Notes under the pieces: model-generated
What the model was told of the DNA's origin: nothing
The model's database searches: none
What the model saw: the letters and a program-made list of their open reading frames with translations, nothing else
Shown here: positions 1 to 12,118 of the stretch, piece by piece
Layout of the letters: each line of letters starts with the position of its first letter
Numbering within the stretch: position 1 is the stretch's first letter
Assembly (NCBI RefSeq): GCF_006345805.1
Contig: NC_042999.1
Coordinates: 116,250,001-116,314,000 of the forward strand
Reading direction: 5' to 3'
DNA from: Octopus sinensis
Taxonomy: Eukaryota
Length of the DNA stretch: 64,000 bases
Translations under genes and position numbers: made by a program

Positions 1-2017
1 CTCCGTCAATGAGCTGTGAAAAATCCTGTGTGACAAACGGCGACCACACCTACTCACCGTTAAGAAAGCGCTGGAGATGTTGCAGCCTCAGCACATGTTT
101 GTGTATCATTAGTTCCAGCATGCCCAGCCCTTCACTCAGCGGCTGTCGACACGTGGAACATGTCCCTTCCACAGAAAGCAGAAGAGTAAGCGCTCCAGCT
201 TGATCAACCACGAAGTAGGGCAAGGGACGACGGTCAGGCGGTAGTAAATGACAAGCGATGTATGCATTCGCCACCTCCATCCGACCCTTCAGGAATAGCT
301 TCCTCTCTGCCCATTTCTGGGTGAGACTGGCTGCCCTGCTCGTCACCTCCGCACAGTTCTTGTCCACATGGAAGTCCAGACCAAACCAGACCCCGAACAA
401 TTTAACCAGTCCTTCCGTCCAGCGCCCTACAACGCTGTCGGTTGGCATGGACCTACCTCTCCAGGTGCCGAGCTGCAGACCAACCAAATTGTCCTGATTA
501 AGTTTTGCTCTTGTCACTGCTTCGTACTCCCTTAGAGCAGTGTCGATCACCTCGATTTCCGAGCTATCCGACACTATTACGGTGACGTCGTCCGCATATA
601 CTGACACAAACCTTCCGCATCCTAGATCACGCGGGATGCCCCTCGAAATATCCAACTTCCTTAGTAATGGCCTTAGAGCCTGTACGTACAGAAGAGGAAA
701 GAGTGGGCATCCATGACGGACCGAATGAGTGATACTAAACGATTCCGATAGGTGGCCGTTTACTTTGACCACTGAACAGATGTCACTGTACATTGCAGCG
801 ATCCAGCCTCTGAAAATGGGACCGAAACTGGCTGCCGTAAGGACAGCCTCCAAGTATTGATGGTCGACCCTGTCAAAAGCTCTCGATTGATCCAAATTGA
901 TCAGGGCCCTACCCATGCCAGTTTCCTTCCCTACCCTCTCTATGATGTAACGCGTGAGGTAATGGTTGCCGTGGATAGATCTTTTTCAGGATCGTGCATG
1001 TCCCCCCATGTTTCAGTGTACGCGCTCTAGCTCTGATAACGCAACCTTCGTGCTTGGCATTGCGTCAGTCGCAATGCCGCTCCTAAACGCTTCATCTAGC
1101 TTCCTAACTAGATTTCCCTCTATCCTAGATTCCTCTAAGGCTATTTTCTTACTGCCTCTATTCTAATAGCCCTTTTCAGGGCTATCTACCATCGGCTTTT
1201 GACAATTGCGCCCGCCAACCTCTGATAGACTAGCTTGCTCACTAGGTTCTGAATGCTTGACGCGCTGGGAAAGATGCGTTCAGCTTTCAGTAAAGGGAGC
1301 CCTGCCTGTGGATCTTATCTATGTCGGCTGTGTAGATCCCAAATTTGTGGTCTGTGTGGTCGACGGTTTTGAAATGTGGACAACCTATGCTACTTCTGTC
1401 TAGTGGCCTGCAGAATATCCTGTCTAAATACGATCTGGAAACCCCTGTGCTGTTTGCTCATGTCCCCAATGGCGCACTCAGGAAGTCCTGTCGCTACCTG
1501 TCAACCAATTGTAAACGACTGAGCAGGTTTGCGAGTCTTTGGCACACCCCCTATCCAGGTGTGCATCCAAAATTGCGATCTATCGACAACTAGAACTAAA
1601 GGGTGAGATGTCCCAAGGAAAACCTCCAAACGTCTGAAGAAATTTAGCTGCCCCGCCCCAGTTGGGGTGTACACAGTTACTAGTCTGGAAGCACCACCTT
1701 CGCTGTTGCTCACATCCAAGACCACCAACTTACCTTCTGGGTCCAGGAAGATCGTCCGCAACTCGAGATCCACATTTTTCTTAAACAGCACTACCACGCT
1801 GTCCCACCCCCTCTCAGGCCGACTAAGAGATGCACGGATCTCGAAATCGTCAGAAATGGGGGTTAGATCGCGTGTTTGGAAATCCTGGTTTCGCTGACAG
1901 CTGTCACGTTCATAGATAATGATCGGAGGTAGTTGAGCAGGCGACCCTGCTTCCAGAGCACCTCAAGCCACGAACATGTATACTACCTACTCTTAAACAA
2001 CTCATGATGACCGGACA
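1..2017 (-). mobile_element. L1/Tx1-clade LINE, degraded ORF2 (APE endonuclease + reverse transcriptase), 5'-truncated just upstream of the ORF2 ATG and running off the window start
   Basis: ORF2 start MSCLRVGSIHVRGL (ATG at 2005); endonuclease segment 1501-1797 (RTIFLDPEGKLVVLDV...RLVTVYTP); RT motifs in 50-916 (LINLDQSRAFDRVDH, VRHGCPLFPLLY, SVYADDVTV). Frameshifts and stops lie between the pieces. Confidence 0.92.
50..916 (-). pseudogene. Reverse transcriptase domain fragment (288 aa) of the L1/Tx1 ORF2
   Basis: LDQSRAFDRVDH, degenerate QGCP motif (RHGCPL), YADD, C-terminal LFLKGRMEVANAYIA. Confidence 0.9.

Positions 2018-2077
<60 letters not shown>
2018..2077 (+). repeat. (TAA)n microsatellite, tail of the adjacent minus-strand SINE-A
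   Basis: Direct reading. Confidence 0.95.
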
Positions 2078-2078
<1 letters not shown>

Positions 2079-2079
2079 G

Positions 2080-2256
2080 TCTCAAATTTTGCCACAAGGG
2101 CAACAATTTTGCGGGAGGAGATGAGTCGGTTAAATCGATCCCAGTGTTCAACTGGCATTTATTTTATCGACCCCGTAAGGATGAAAGGTAAAGTCGACCT
2201 CGGCGGAATGTGAACTCAGAACGTAGCTGCTAACGATTCTGCCGGCTCGCCGCCTT
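2080..2256 (-). mobile_element. tRNA-derived SINE-A, tail type 2
   Basis: Reverse complement of ggcggcgagc(t)ggcagaatcgttagc...gagttcaa/cattccgccgaggtcgactt; A- and B-box-like motifs; about 20 copies in the window. Confidence 0.85.
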
Positions 2257-2260
2257 GAAT

Positions 2261-2401
2261 AGAGATCACCATGTCGTGGACATATGGTTGTGATGCATGT
2301 GCCTGGTGTACCCTTATCAGACGGGCAGTCATGATGGGTATACCGGGCTTCGTATATTTTACCCTAGTGTCACTTTGATGGCATGCACTGCTCTCTCACT
2401 C
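2261..2401 (+). mobile_element. 3' fragment of the ~555-bp (AAT)n-tailed element
   Basis: gagatcaccatgtcg...gcactgctctctcactc followed by (AAT)n; matches the copies at 42840-44013 and 58289-59088. Confidence 0.88.
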
Positions 2402-2433
<32 letters not shown>

Positions 2434-2632
2434 TGATGATGATGATGATGATGATAACAACAACAACAAATAACAAGAACAACAATGGTGACGATGATGA
2501 TGAAATGCTGCTGCTGCTGCTGCTGCTGATGTTCTTTATGGTTACATCACAAGATTACTGCTCTAACTCACAACTATTAGTGCATGAAATTATAATTTGG
2601 AAAATAATAAGAGAAAGAAAATAGGGAATAAA

Positions 2633-2681
<49 letters not shown>

Positions 2682-3177
2682 CACACACATGCATATACAT
2701 ACAAAATAGACGCGCACACGTTCACAGTCTCGCGCACATTCATACACATAGATAGACGCATAGGCACACAACACTCAACAATTTGCTGTACCTAAAAAGA
2801 GAAAGAGATCCACCCCCGCGTGCTGTATGTTTTATTGATATAATTATAATATCGCGTCAATGTATACGCATGTTAAGGAAGGGCAGTGAATGAAAGAGAG
2901 AAAGATAGAGACAGAGAGAGAGAGGGGGAGGGGGAGGTAGCGAGAGAGAGAGAAGGGGAGGAAGGTGAGGGAGGGAGAGAGTGAAAAAGGAAGAGAGTGT
3001 ATTACTTTGTGTCCAAGTAAAAGTATATATATATATATACATACGTAATGAGAATGTGTAAAGAAATGAATACGTAATGCATAAATGAATGTGAATATGT
3101 ATGTCGCATAAACATACATACATACGTTTATGCATATAAAATACATACATACATAAATATGCACATACATACATACA

Positions 3178-3208
<31 letters not shown>

Positions 3209-3350
3209 GTACATACATACATTTATACATATAAAGTACATACATAATATATATATATATATATATATAATGATAAAGGGTAAAAATCATTAATGATTTT
3301 ACCAAGGGGTCAGCGTGGAAATAAAAACCTTATAGGGGAATTTTACAAGC

Positions 3351-3586
3351 ATAATAATTATACACATAATTATAACAGGGGATTTCAGGCTTTTTTTTTT
3401 TTTTACCGTAAGCTTGAAACGGGATCTTGTACGCGTTTGACCAAAAGTTTAATTCACTATCTTTCTTTTGCTCGACTACAGCTCATGTTTTATTTTTGGG
3501 AGTTTTTAAGGTGGTATTAGCGTCTTTTGGCGTCTATTTCTAGCTTGTAGCTAATCCTTTGTTATAATTATGTATATAATTATTAT
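3351..3586. mobile_element. Small element with ~35-bp imperfect inverted repeats (MITE-like)
   Basis: ataataattatacacataattataacaggggatt (3351-3384) versus aatcctttgttataattatgtatataattattat (3553-3586). Confidence 0.45.
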
Positions 3587-3629
3587 AATATGTATATATA
3601 AGTAAACATGCTAGTTCTAGAATCTGTCT

Positions 3630-3719
<90 letters not shown>

Positions 3720-4189
3720 TGAATATAAATATGTGTGTTTTTTAAACACTACGTCTATAAGAAACGCTCTCGCCGCGACGACTACCACAATTTAGCAGGG
3801 CTTTCAACGATATATCTGCTTTAAGCATGATACATAGATTGCTATTTTGAATTCAATCTGCTCCGTTACAAGTATCGAATAACCACATCCCCACACATTT
3901 ATAACACAGACACAGACACACACACACACACACACATGGAAAGAGAGGAAAAAATTTGTGTACGTGCGCTGTTACATAAATCTTTGAAGCTATGCGGATG
4001 TACGTTGTTTGCATGTCGTTGTGTATGTGTGTGTGAGAGTGTGTGTGTGTGTGCATGTGTTAGCGTTTGCACACGCGTGAACTAGTCAAACTTTTGCCGC
4101 CTACATGTATTTTCATGCATTTTTAAGTGTTTGTATATCCATCTGGTGTATGTACGCTGATGTGGTGTCCATGTACACCATTATAAAGA

Positions 4190-4845
4190 TGTAAGAATTT
4201 TATTTGCGACTGATATATAGGTGTCTCAGTCCATGTTTGTCTGTCGTGTAAATATTGAGGAGTTTTTGTGGGTTGAGGGTAGATTTGGAGGAAGAGGCAG
4301 TAGCAGTAGCATCTCTTGGACTGGTGAGTGAGATGATGTTGAGTTCCACATAAAGTGTAACAAATCGAAGACTTGAGGAAAGGCGTAGCATTATGGGAGG
4401 ATATTGCAAAATGTTCGATGCTCTGAGGTGGTAGTAGTTGAGGTGGTGCTAGTTGAAGAGAGAAGAGGATGAGGTAGAGGAGGAAGGACTATATGTAATG
4501 ACCAACCGCTGGCCTTCTGAACAACATGCGTGAAGGGAGGAGTGGAGATGAGTGAGTGAAGATGCATGAGTGGTGGTCTGAGACCAGCCAACGCCAATTT
4601 CAGAAGTCGTTGTAATAGTTGTAGAACAAGCAAAGAGAAGCGACATCGTGTCTGAGTGAGGCGAAAGGCTTGCCGCTATCTGTGAGTGATTTTATCAGAA
4701 CTCACCACGATTTCTGACATTCTAACCATGATGTAACCGTCTGCTTTTGAGTTAAGAGAGTTCTCAATGGTTGTAAATATGTGATAGAGTTGGTGTGTTG
4801 GTTGAGCTGTCGATGCACACACCCAGGTGTGTGCCTCTATTCACG
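4190..4845 (-). mobile_element. CR1-group (CR1/L2/Jockey-like) LINE 3' remnant
   Basis: Minus-strand translation ...SLRHDVASLCLFYNYYN resembles the LxHRRxVASLxLFYRYY C-terminal motif; ends near aataaa. Confidence 0.6.
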
Positions 4846-4849
4846 TAAA

Positions 4850-5140
4850 GAATTTCAGTTGGAGAATCTTTGGAATGTCTTACAAATCTTCACCGTGCTA
4901 CTAATGAATTGGGTTTGAAGAATCTGAGTCAGTTTCTTTTGCTCTTTCTTCGAAAAACCTAGTGTATCTAGGTTTTTGTGTAAATTTGTAAGTGCGTAGC
5001 TTACTACACCTATCATAATAGGTACAAATGAGAATTCATAGTCAGGGCACAATATCTGTAAGTGCCGAGTTAAACCGCCATAAATATCCCCTATTTCTTG
5101 GACTTTTGATTGTACATTCACATTTGCTGGGCATATGTAC
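4850..5140 (-). mobile_element. C-terminal restriction-like endonuclease remnant of an R2-superfamily non-LTR retrotransposon (clade not resolved)
   Basis: CPANVNVQSKVQE...YGGLTRHLQILCPDYEFSFVPIMIG...TVKICKTF. Confidence 0.65.
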
Positions 5141-5392
5141 GTATACCCAACATAATACCCATCTTCATTTACATAATGCGCAGAGTTGACTGGTGAAAGC
5201 CTATCATAATTAACTCAATAATGTCCAGTCAATTCGATGTCAGTCAATTAGTGACCAGGTCATTTCATCGGTAGCATCCAAGTTAGAATGCTACGAGTTT
5301 ACTGAATGGCACTTAAAGAAAACATTGAACTAACGTTAAGGGTACTACGGAATATAAACTTTACCTTTCTGTTGATATTACAGGTAACAGAT

Positions 5393-5828
5393 AAGGCGGC
5401 GAGCTGGCAGAAAAGTTAGAACGCCAGGCGAAATGCTTAGCGGTATTTCGTCTGCCGCTACGTTCTGAGCTCAAATTCCGCCGAGGTCGACTTTGCCTTT
5501 CATCCTTTCGGGGTCGATTAAATAAGTACCAGTTACGCACTGGTGTTGATATAATCGACTTAATCTGTTTGTCTGTCCTTGTTTGTCCCCTCTGTGTGTA
5601 GCCCCTTGTGGGCAGTAAAGAAATAAGGAAGTGAGCACACCGAGCGGAATGCTTAGCGCTATTTCGTCCGTATTCATGTTCTGAGTTCAAATTCAGCCGA
5701 GGTCGACTTTACCTTTCATCCTGTCGGAGTCGATAAAATAAATACAGTTGAGTACTGGGGTCGATGCTATCGACTTAACCTCTCGCCCCAAATTTCAGGC
5801 CTTGTGCCTATAATCGGAAGGATATTAT
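5393..5828 (+). mobile_element. Two tandem SINE-A copies (tail type 1 at 5393-5625, then a 5'-truncated tail type 2 copy)
   Basis: aaggcggcgagctggcagaaaagttag...gtcgactttgcctttcatcctttcggggtcga. Confidence 0.9.
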
Positions 5829-6769
5829 AGGGAATAATTATAGGGAATAATGAAAATTAGAGAGGAGAGTTGACAAGTAAACGAAACAGTCAAAGTATTT
5901 AGATAAAAAAAATCCTTACTTTATTAAAATTTCCTTATTTTTTGAGATGATTTTCCGTTTTTTTTTTTCATGTACTTTACCAAAACATATCAGACATCAA
6001 TAAAATATATGACTGTTTAAATAATACGCATATATATAAAGAAAAAACAACTAAGTTTAAAATTCATTTATGCAATATTTTATGAAGAACTCAAAAATGC
6101 CATCTAATAATAAAAAAAAAAAAGAGAGAGAAAACATGAAAATATTAAAATTTCTGATTATGAACAACTGCTTTTAAGAAATTAACTTTTGCTTCAGAAT
6201 CGTGATGTGTTTCTTCTTTTGACTGGTTTCTCCCCAATAGATAAGTTTTTTGCAATCCTGCATCTGTTTTGAATTTGCTGTGATTAATATATTCTTCGTA
6301 GCGGAATTAGATATATGATTTATTCTCTTTGTTAGCTCTCTTATATAACCGCACCCTCGTATTTACGTTACACATTGAACAAAACGAGCTCAAAACAAAC
6401 ACTCCGGGAATCAACGATTTGACACTCGACTCCCTGCGTTAATGAAACAGTTTGTTTTATTTTTACTATGTACATAACCAAACTGAATCAAACATTAGAA
6501 AACGAAACCATAGTATCAATTATATAACATCGTGACATTCTGATTTGGATAATAACGATGAATTGACCAAGCGAGGGTTATGAACGAATACATACACGGA
6601 TCTATGTTTTAGGAACATGGATCAAATTTCGTTTTGTCACACAGTAAAAATGTGCGGCAGTAACGAAATCTCAACTTTAAGGCTCATCGAATGAATCGAC
6701 TTTACCAATAAAGTAAGGGTTTGGCCGACTATTGATCATGCAAATCTTGATATCTTCTAACTTCAAATA

Positions 6770-7615
6770 GTTCCAGTCATTGGACTGCGGCTGTATGGAC
6801 CCCAGTATGTTTTTTTTTAAAGTCTGGTCCTTATTCTATCGGTTACTTAGAATAAGTTACGGGGACATAAACAAACCAACACCCATTGTCAAGTGGTGGT
6901 ACACACACACGCATACATACATGATTGGTTTCTTTCAGTTTCCGTCTAACAAATCCACTTACAAAGCTCTGGTCAACCCGGAGCTATTATAGAAGACACT
7001 TGCCTAACGAACCATGAAGTAGGACTGAATCCAGAACCATATGCTTGGGAAGCAGACTCTTTTATACTGCACAATCACGTCTGCTTCCATGAATTATGCA
7101 TGTAAAATAGAGTGGAAAATATCTAAAATTTATTTTAAAAATCGATGAAAAAATATAATCGATGTCATCTCGAAAATGTTTCTAAATACACTCAGGTACA
7201 GCACAGTTACTTATTTTGTGTTTTTGAAGAATGATACCGTTTACCATTTACTTGTTTCAGTCTGCGACCATGCTGGGGCACCGCCTTGAAGAATAAATCA
7301 ACCCCAGTACTTAATTTTTTGCTATGTCTAGTACTTTTTGTATTGGTCTGTTTTGCCAACTGCTAAGTTATGGGGACGTAAACACACCAACACCGGTTGT
7401 CAAGTGGTAGTTGTGGGGAACACACACATACACGCACACACACACACATACGACGGGCTTCTTTCAGTTTCCGTCTACCACATCCACTCACAAGCTTTTG
7501 GTTGGCTCAAGGCTATAGTAGCAGACACTTGCCGAAGGTGCCACGCAGTAGGACTGAACCCGAAACCATGCGGTTGGGAAGCAATATTCTTACCACACAG
7601 CTACTACTCTGCCTG
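6770..7615 (-). mobile_element. Two SINE-B copies (6770-7085, 7250-7615); tRNA head, CORE-like segment and internal microsatellite
   Basis: Reverse complement of gtggctgtgtggtaag...ggttcagtccc...accttgggcaagtgtc (resembles the start of the CORE domain; possibly octopus OR2-like, not verified). Confidence 0.85.
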
Positions 7616-8001
7616 TATTTTATTTCTTTAACTTTTATTTCTGACACCTGCTTATTCATTCTTGAAAGGATGATCAGATGATCTCTTTGCCAAGGGAGAG
7701 AAAGAAAAGAAAAAAAGAAAGCGCGTTGGAATTATGAAGGAAACATGTCTATGGGTCGGTAATTCACGTCAATGTAGATTTTTTGATCTATCCTTCATTA
7801 TTAGGCAGGATCATCCTTCGAACATTAAATCGGATATTTAAATTTTTGTAGGTCACACAGGTGTTGAAACATATAAACTAATTCTATTCTGTGCGAGGGT
7901 AAAAAGTTGTTTGGTCGGTACCACCCTTTATAAACGCTACCATATAGAATAATAATATTTACCAAAATAAGGGAGTAGCATAAAGGAGCTCATAATAAAA
8001 C

Positions 8002-8100
<99 letters not shown>
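8002..8100. repeat. (AGT)n-(ACT)n palindromic microsatellite followed by (TAA)n
   Basis: Direct reading. Confidence 0.95.
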
Positions 8101-8463
8101 TGATGTATCAATACCAAGAGATGACAACGTTTATCTAAAAGAAATGGAGAAACTTTCAAAATACAAAGGTCTGGAAATAGAGGTAACTCGAATGTGGAGT
8201 CTAAAAACAGAAACAATTCCTATCATAGTGTGCGCATTAGGCATGATAAAAAATATTTAAACAAATACATAATAAAAACACCAGGACTAACAAATATATA
8301 TATAGTATACAGAAAATAGCACTACTAGGCACCGCACACAGCCTGCGTAAAACACTTTCAATACGGCAACTATAAGAACATCACAACAAACTACAGCTCA
8401 TACTCAAAGAACATAGAGCTGCGCTCGGTAGTGCGGTGAAAGCACGTTATAAAAATAAGACTA

Positions 8464-8466
<3 letters not shown>
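8101..8466 (+). mobile_element. R4/Dong-type LINE 3' end, lineage Dong-B
   Basis: DVSIPRDDNVYLKEMEKLSKYKGLEIEVTRMWSLKTETIPIIVCALGMIK...QKIALLGTAH; 3' UTR ends in (TAA)n. Confidence 0.85.
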
Positions 8467-8500
<34 letters not shown>

Positions 8501-8720
8501 TAATAATATAATAATAATAATAATGATGATGATGATGATGGTGATGGTGATGGTGATGATGATGATGATGATGATAATGATAATAATAATAATAAAATAA
8601 TAATAATAATAATGATGATGATGATGATGGTGATGGTGATGGTGATGATGATGATGATGATGATGATAATGATAATAATAATAATAATAATATTAATAAT
8701 AATAATAATAATAATAATAA
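8467..8720 (+). repeat. Compound (TAA)/(TGA)/(TGG) microsatellite with an internal duplication
   Basis: Direct reading. Confidence 0.95.
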
Positions 8721-8721
8721 T

Positions 8722-8928
8722 GGCTTCAAATTTTGGCACAAGGCCTGAAATTTCGGAGAGCGGGGTAAGTCGATTACACTAGTGTTCTACTGGTACTTAT
8801 TTTATTGACCTCGAAGGGGGTGAGGCAACGTCGATCTCGGCGGATTTTGAACTCAGAACGAAAAAATTTACGAAATGCCACTAAACGTCTAGCACGACGT
8901 ACTCACGATTCTTCCAGCTCATCCCCTT
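8722..8928 (-). mobile_element. SINE-A, tail type 2
   Basis: Similarity to other copies. Confidence 0.8.
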
Positions 8929-9593
8929 GCACACCTCTGCTGTGCCGCATCTGCAATAGAGTGGGTGAAACTATTGCTCACATCACGAACGAATGCTCTA
9001 GACTTGCCCAAAACAATTACTAGTCGTGGCGACACGACCAGGCAGCGAAAGTGCTACATTGGAAACAGCCAAAAGTGAGGGCTAGAGAGAGGCAAGACGT
9101 GGTATGAGCACAAACCGCAGAGAGTAGTAGAGTCGGAGACTAGCAAAATCCTCTGAGATTTCCCAATCCAAACAGACCAGGTGCTAGAGCATAACAGACC
9201 GGACCTAGTGGTGGTGGACAAGGTGCACTGCATATGCTATATAGTTGATGTTGCATGCCCCTTTGACCCACGAATAATCAAGAAGACAAAAAGATAGTTA
9301 GATACAAACCTCTTAAGTACGAAATAGCCTGGCTATGGAAAACGAAGAAGGTGAAGATAGTACCAATTACTGTTGGGTTCTTGGGAACAGTATCAGAAGG
9401 CACCAAGAGGAATATAAAGGAAATTGGAATAGAGTGCTCAGCAGAACTATGTTTGCCTCCTTGGCACGGCCAGAATAATCAGGAAAGTATTATATAACTG
9501 AAGAGAACGAATAGCATGGTACCGTAGGCTGCAGGTAGTAAGCCCGTTACGCATGCAAGACTCCAGGAGCTCCAACAAAACCAGTGATGAAGA

Positions 9594-9594
<1 letters not shown>
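8929..9594 (+). mobile_element. R4/Dong-type LINE 3' end, lineage Dong-A (CCHC knuckle + RLE + 3' UTR)
   Basis: CRICNRVGETIAHITNEC, RHDQAAKVLHWK, DFPIQTDQVLEHNRPDLVVVDK, VDVACPFD; ends in (TAA)n. Confidence 0.9.
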
Positions 9595-9649
<55 letters not shown>

Positions 9650-9679
9650 TAATAATAAAAATCCTTACTACTAATGGCA

Positions 9680-10103
9680 TAAGACCTGGAATTTGGAGGG
9701 AGGGGTAAGTCGGTTACATCGACCCAAGTACTTAAGTGGTACCAAATTTATCGACCCCGAAAGGATGAAAGACAAAGTCGACTTCGACAGAATGTGAACT
9801 CAGAATGTAAATCGGACGAAATATCGCTAAGTATTTTGCCCGGGGTGCTAACGATTCTGCTAGCACGCCGCCTTAATAATAATAGTAATAATGGTTTCAA
9901 ATTGTGCCACAAAGGCAGGAATTTGGGGGTAGGGGATGAGCCTCTTACATTGCCCGCGGTTTTCAACTGGTACTTATTTAATCGACCCCGTTAGGATGAA
10001 AGGCAAAGTCGACGTCGGCAAAATTTGAACCCAGAACGTAATGACGGACGGAATGCCGCTAAGCATTTCGCCCGGCGTTCTAACGATTCTGCTAGCCGTC
10101 ATC

Positions 10104-10105
<2 letters not shown>
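9680..10105 (-). mobile_element. Two SINE-A copies, tail type 2 (9680-9874, 9893-10105), embedded in TAA arrays
   Basis: Similarity to other copies. Confidence 0.88.
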
Positions 10106-10149
<44 letters not shown>

Positions 10150-10199
10150 TGATGATGATGATGATGACGACGACGACAACAACAACAACAACAATAATA

Positions 10200-10745
10200 A
10201 TGGAATGCTTGTAAATACTACAAAATTAAATCTCATGATAAGTGGTACAGGCACCATCCAGAGGATGTAGTAAATGGCGAGGGCGTCACCATCCTTTGGA
10301 ACGTCTCAATACAAACAGTCAGAAAAATTGACTCCAATCGACCAGACATTGTAATCAAGGACTACAATAGAGGAAACAAGATCAAAATTTATCAAGAAAA
10401 GAATACGAAAAGCTTTCTCACTATAAAGATCTGCAAATTGAAATCACAAAAATGCGGAAGCTTAGTACTACGATAACACCAGTAGTGATTGATGCGTTGG
10501 GAATGATAAAGAAGGGAGCTGAGAAGTATATTAAGCAACTCCTTGGTAACTCTAATCTCCGTGAAGTACAAAAGATAACCTTGAGGGGTTCAGCCCATAT
10601 ACTACGGAAGGCACTCTCCATCTAAAATGGAATAAATGTGATAATTTCAGCATGCATAACAAAAGTGCCCTTGCAGCTCTTGGCCTCCGGAGGATGCCCG
10701 GTACTAAGGCAGCCGAAATAAAGTTATAATGAAAAGAAACCATAA
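10200..10745 (+). mobile_element. R4/Dong-type LINE 3' end, lineage Dong-C
   Basis: IDSNRPDIVIKD...YKDLQIEITKM...TPVVIDALGMIKKGAEKYIKQL...EVQKITLRGSAHILRKALSI*. Confidence 0.85.
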
Positions 10746-10787
10746 ATAATGATAATAATAATAATAATAATAATGATAATAATAATA

Positions 10788-10839
<52 letters not shown>

Positions 10840-10843
<4 letters not shown>

Positions 10844-11242
10844 CGGACGTAGTCTTAATTGAGAAAGAAAACAAACTATGCTGGATCATAGACATAGTAT
10901 GCCCAGCTGACAACAAGGTATGCGATAAGGAAGAAAGAAAAGTCGAGAGATATGACAGGTTAGCTTGGGAAGTTAAGCAGTTGTGGTCGATGAAAAAGGT
11001 AGCAGTAGTACCAATAATTGTCGAAGCCCTGGGAACAGTGAGCAAAAATCTCGAGAAGTACGTGGAACAAATAGGGGCTGCAATAAAGGTGGAGCACTTG
11101 CAGAAAACAGCACTCCTTGGAACCGCTCGAATACTCCGGAAGGTGCTCGAATAATAATAGGTGTTACCTTAGTTCACTGGTGGTGAACAGCTGACACTGT
11201 AATACCTGTAATACATCTCCAGCGTTAGAAGCTGTGCAAAAG

Positions 11243-11243
<1 letters not shown>
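10840..11243 (+). mobile_element. R4/Dong-type LINE 3' end, lineage Dong-D; 104-codon open RLE frame 10840-11154
   Basis: KSDVVLIEKENKLCWIIDIVCPADNKVCDKEERKVERYDRLAWEVKQLW...VVPIIVEALGTV...LQKTALLGTARILRKVLE*. Confidence 0.9.
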
Positions 11244-11304
<61 letters not shown>

Positions 11305-11542
11305 ATAATAATATAATAATAATAATGATAGTCAAGACGAAGAGCGCGATTTGATTGTAAGATATTCTATTAGTTGTTTTATTATCTGTCTTTGTCAAGA
11401 TCAAAATAAGAAGTGATAAAAATTCAAAATTACAGAAATTTAAACATAAAGTATGAACGAGAGCAACCAGCGTCCACACGTTGATGAAATGACATCATCA
11501 GTTTTTAAGTTACACACACACATACACACACACGCATATATC

Positions 11543-11578
<36 letters not shown>

Positions 11579-11682
11579 TGTATGTATGTATGTATGTATG
11601 TATGTATGTGTGTGTGTGTGTGTGTGTATTCGCGCATGCGCACCGCGTGTGTTATTTTTACAAGGATAAAGCTGAAATAATT

Positions 11683-11748
11683 TTCGAAGTTTCAGCTTGT
11701 TCCCTTCATAAAGCTCTCTGATGAAGGCGAGCAAGATGAAGCTTTGAA
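11683..11748. repeat. Imperfect palindrome (~27-bp arms)
   Basis: ttcgaagtttcagcttgttcccttcat / atgaaggcgagcaagatgaagctttgaa. Confidence 0.7.
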
Positions 11749-11840
11749 GTCACTGTCAATATTTTCGGTGCAAAAGTTGAGTAATCTTTCAGTTTAGTGT
11801 TAAACTATTTTGTATAAAACTTCACATAAGGCAAGCACTA

Positions 11841-11877
<37 letters not shown>

Positions 11878-12064
11878 TACACGCACGCGCGCGCGCATAT
11901 GTTAGCTTGTAAAGTATCATTTCGTTTCTAAAAGGATATGGATGGTGTGGTACCATCCATGCACTTTTCAAATTTACGAGTCGAAAATTCAAAATCAGGT
12001 CACCGATTCGATTGACTGGTAACCTACTCGTACCAATTGTTTTAATAATAATCAGTCATAAAAC

Positions 12065-12118
<54 letters not shown>

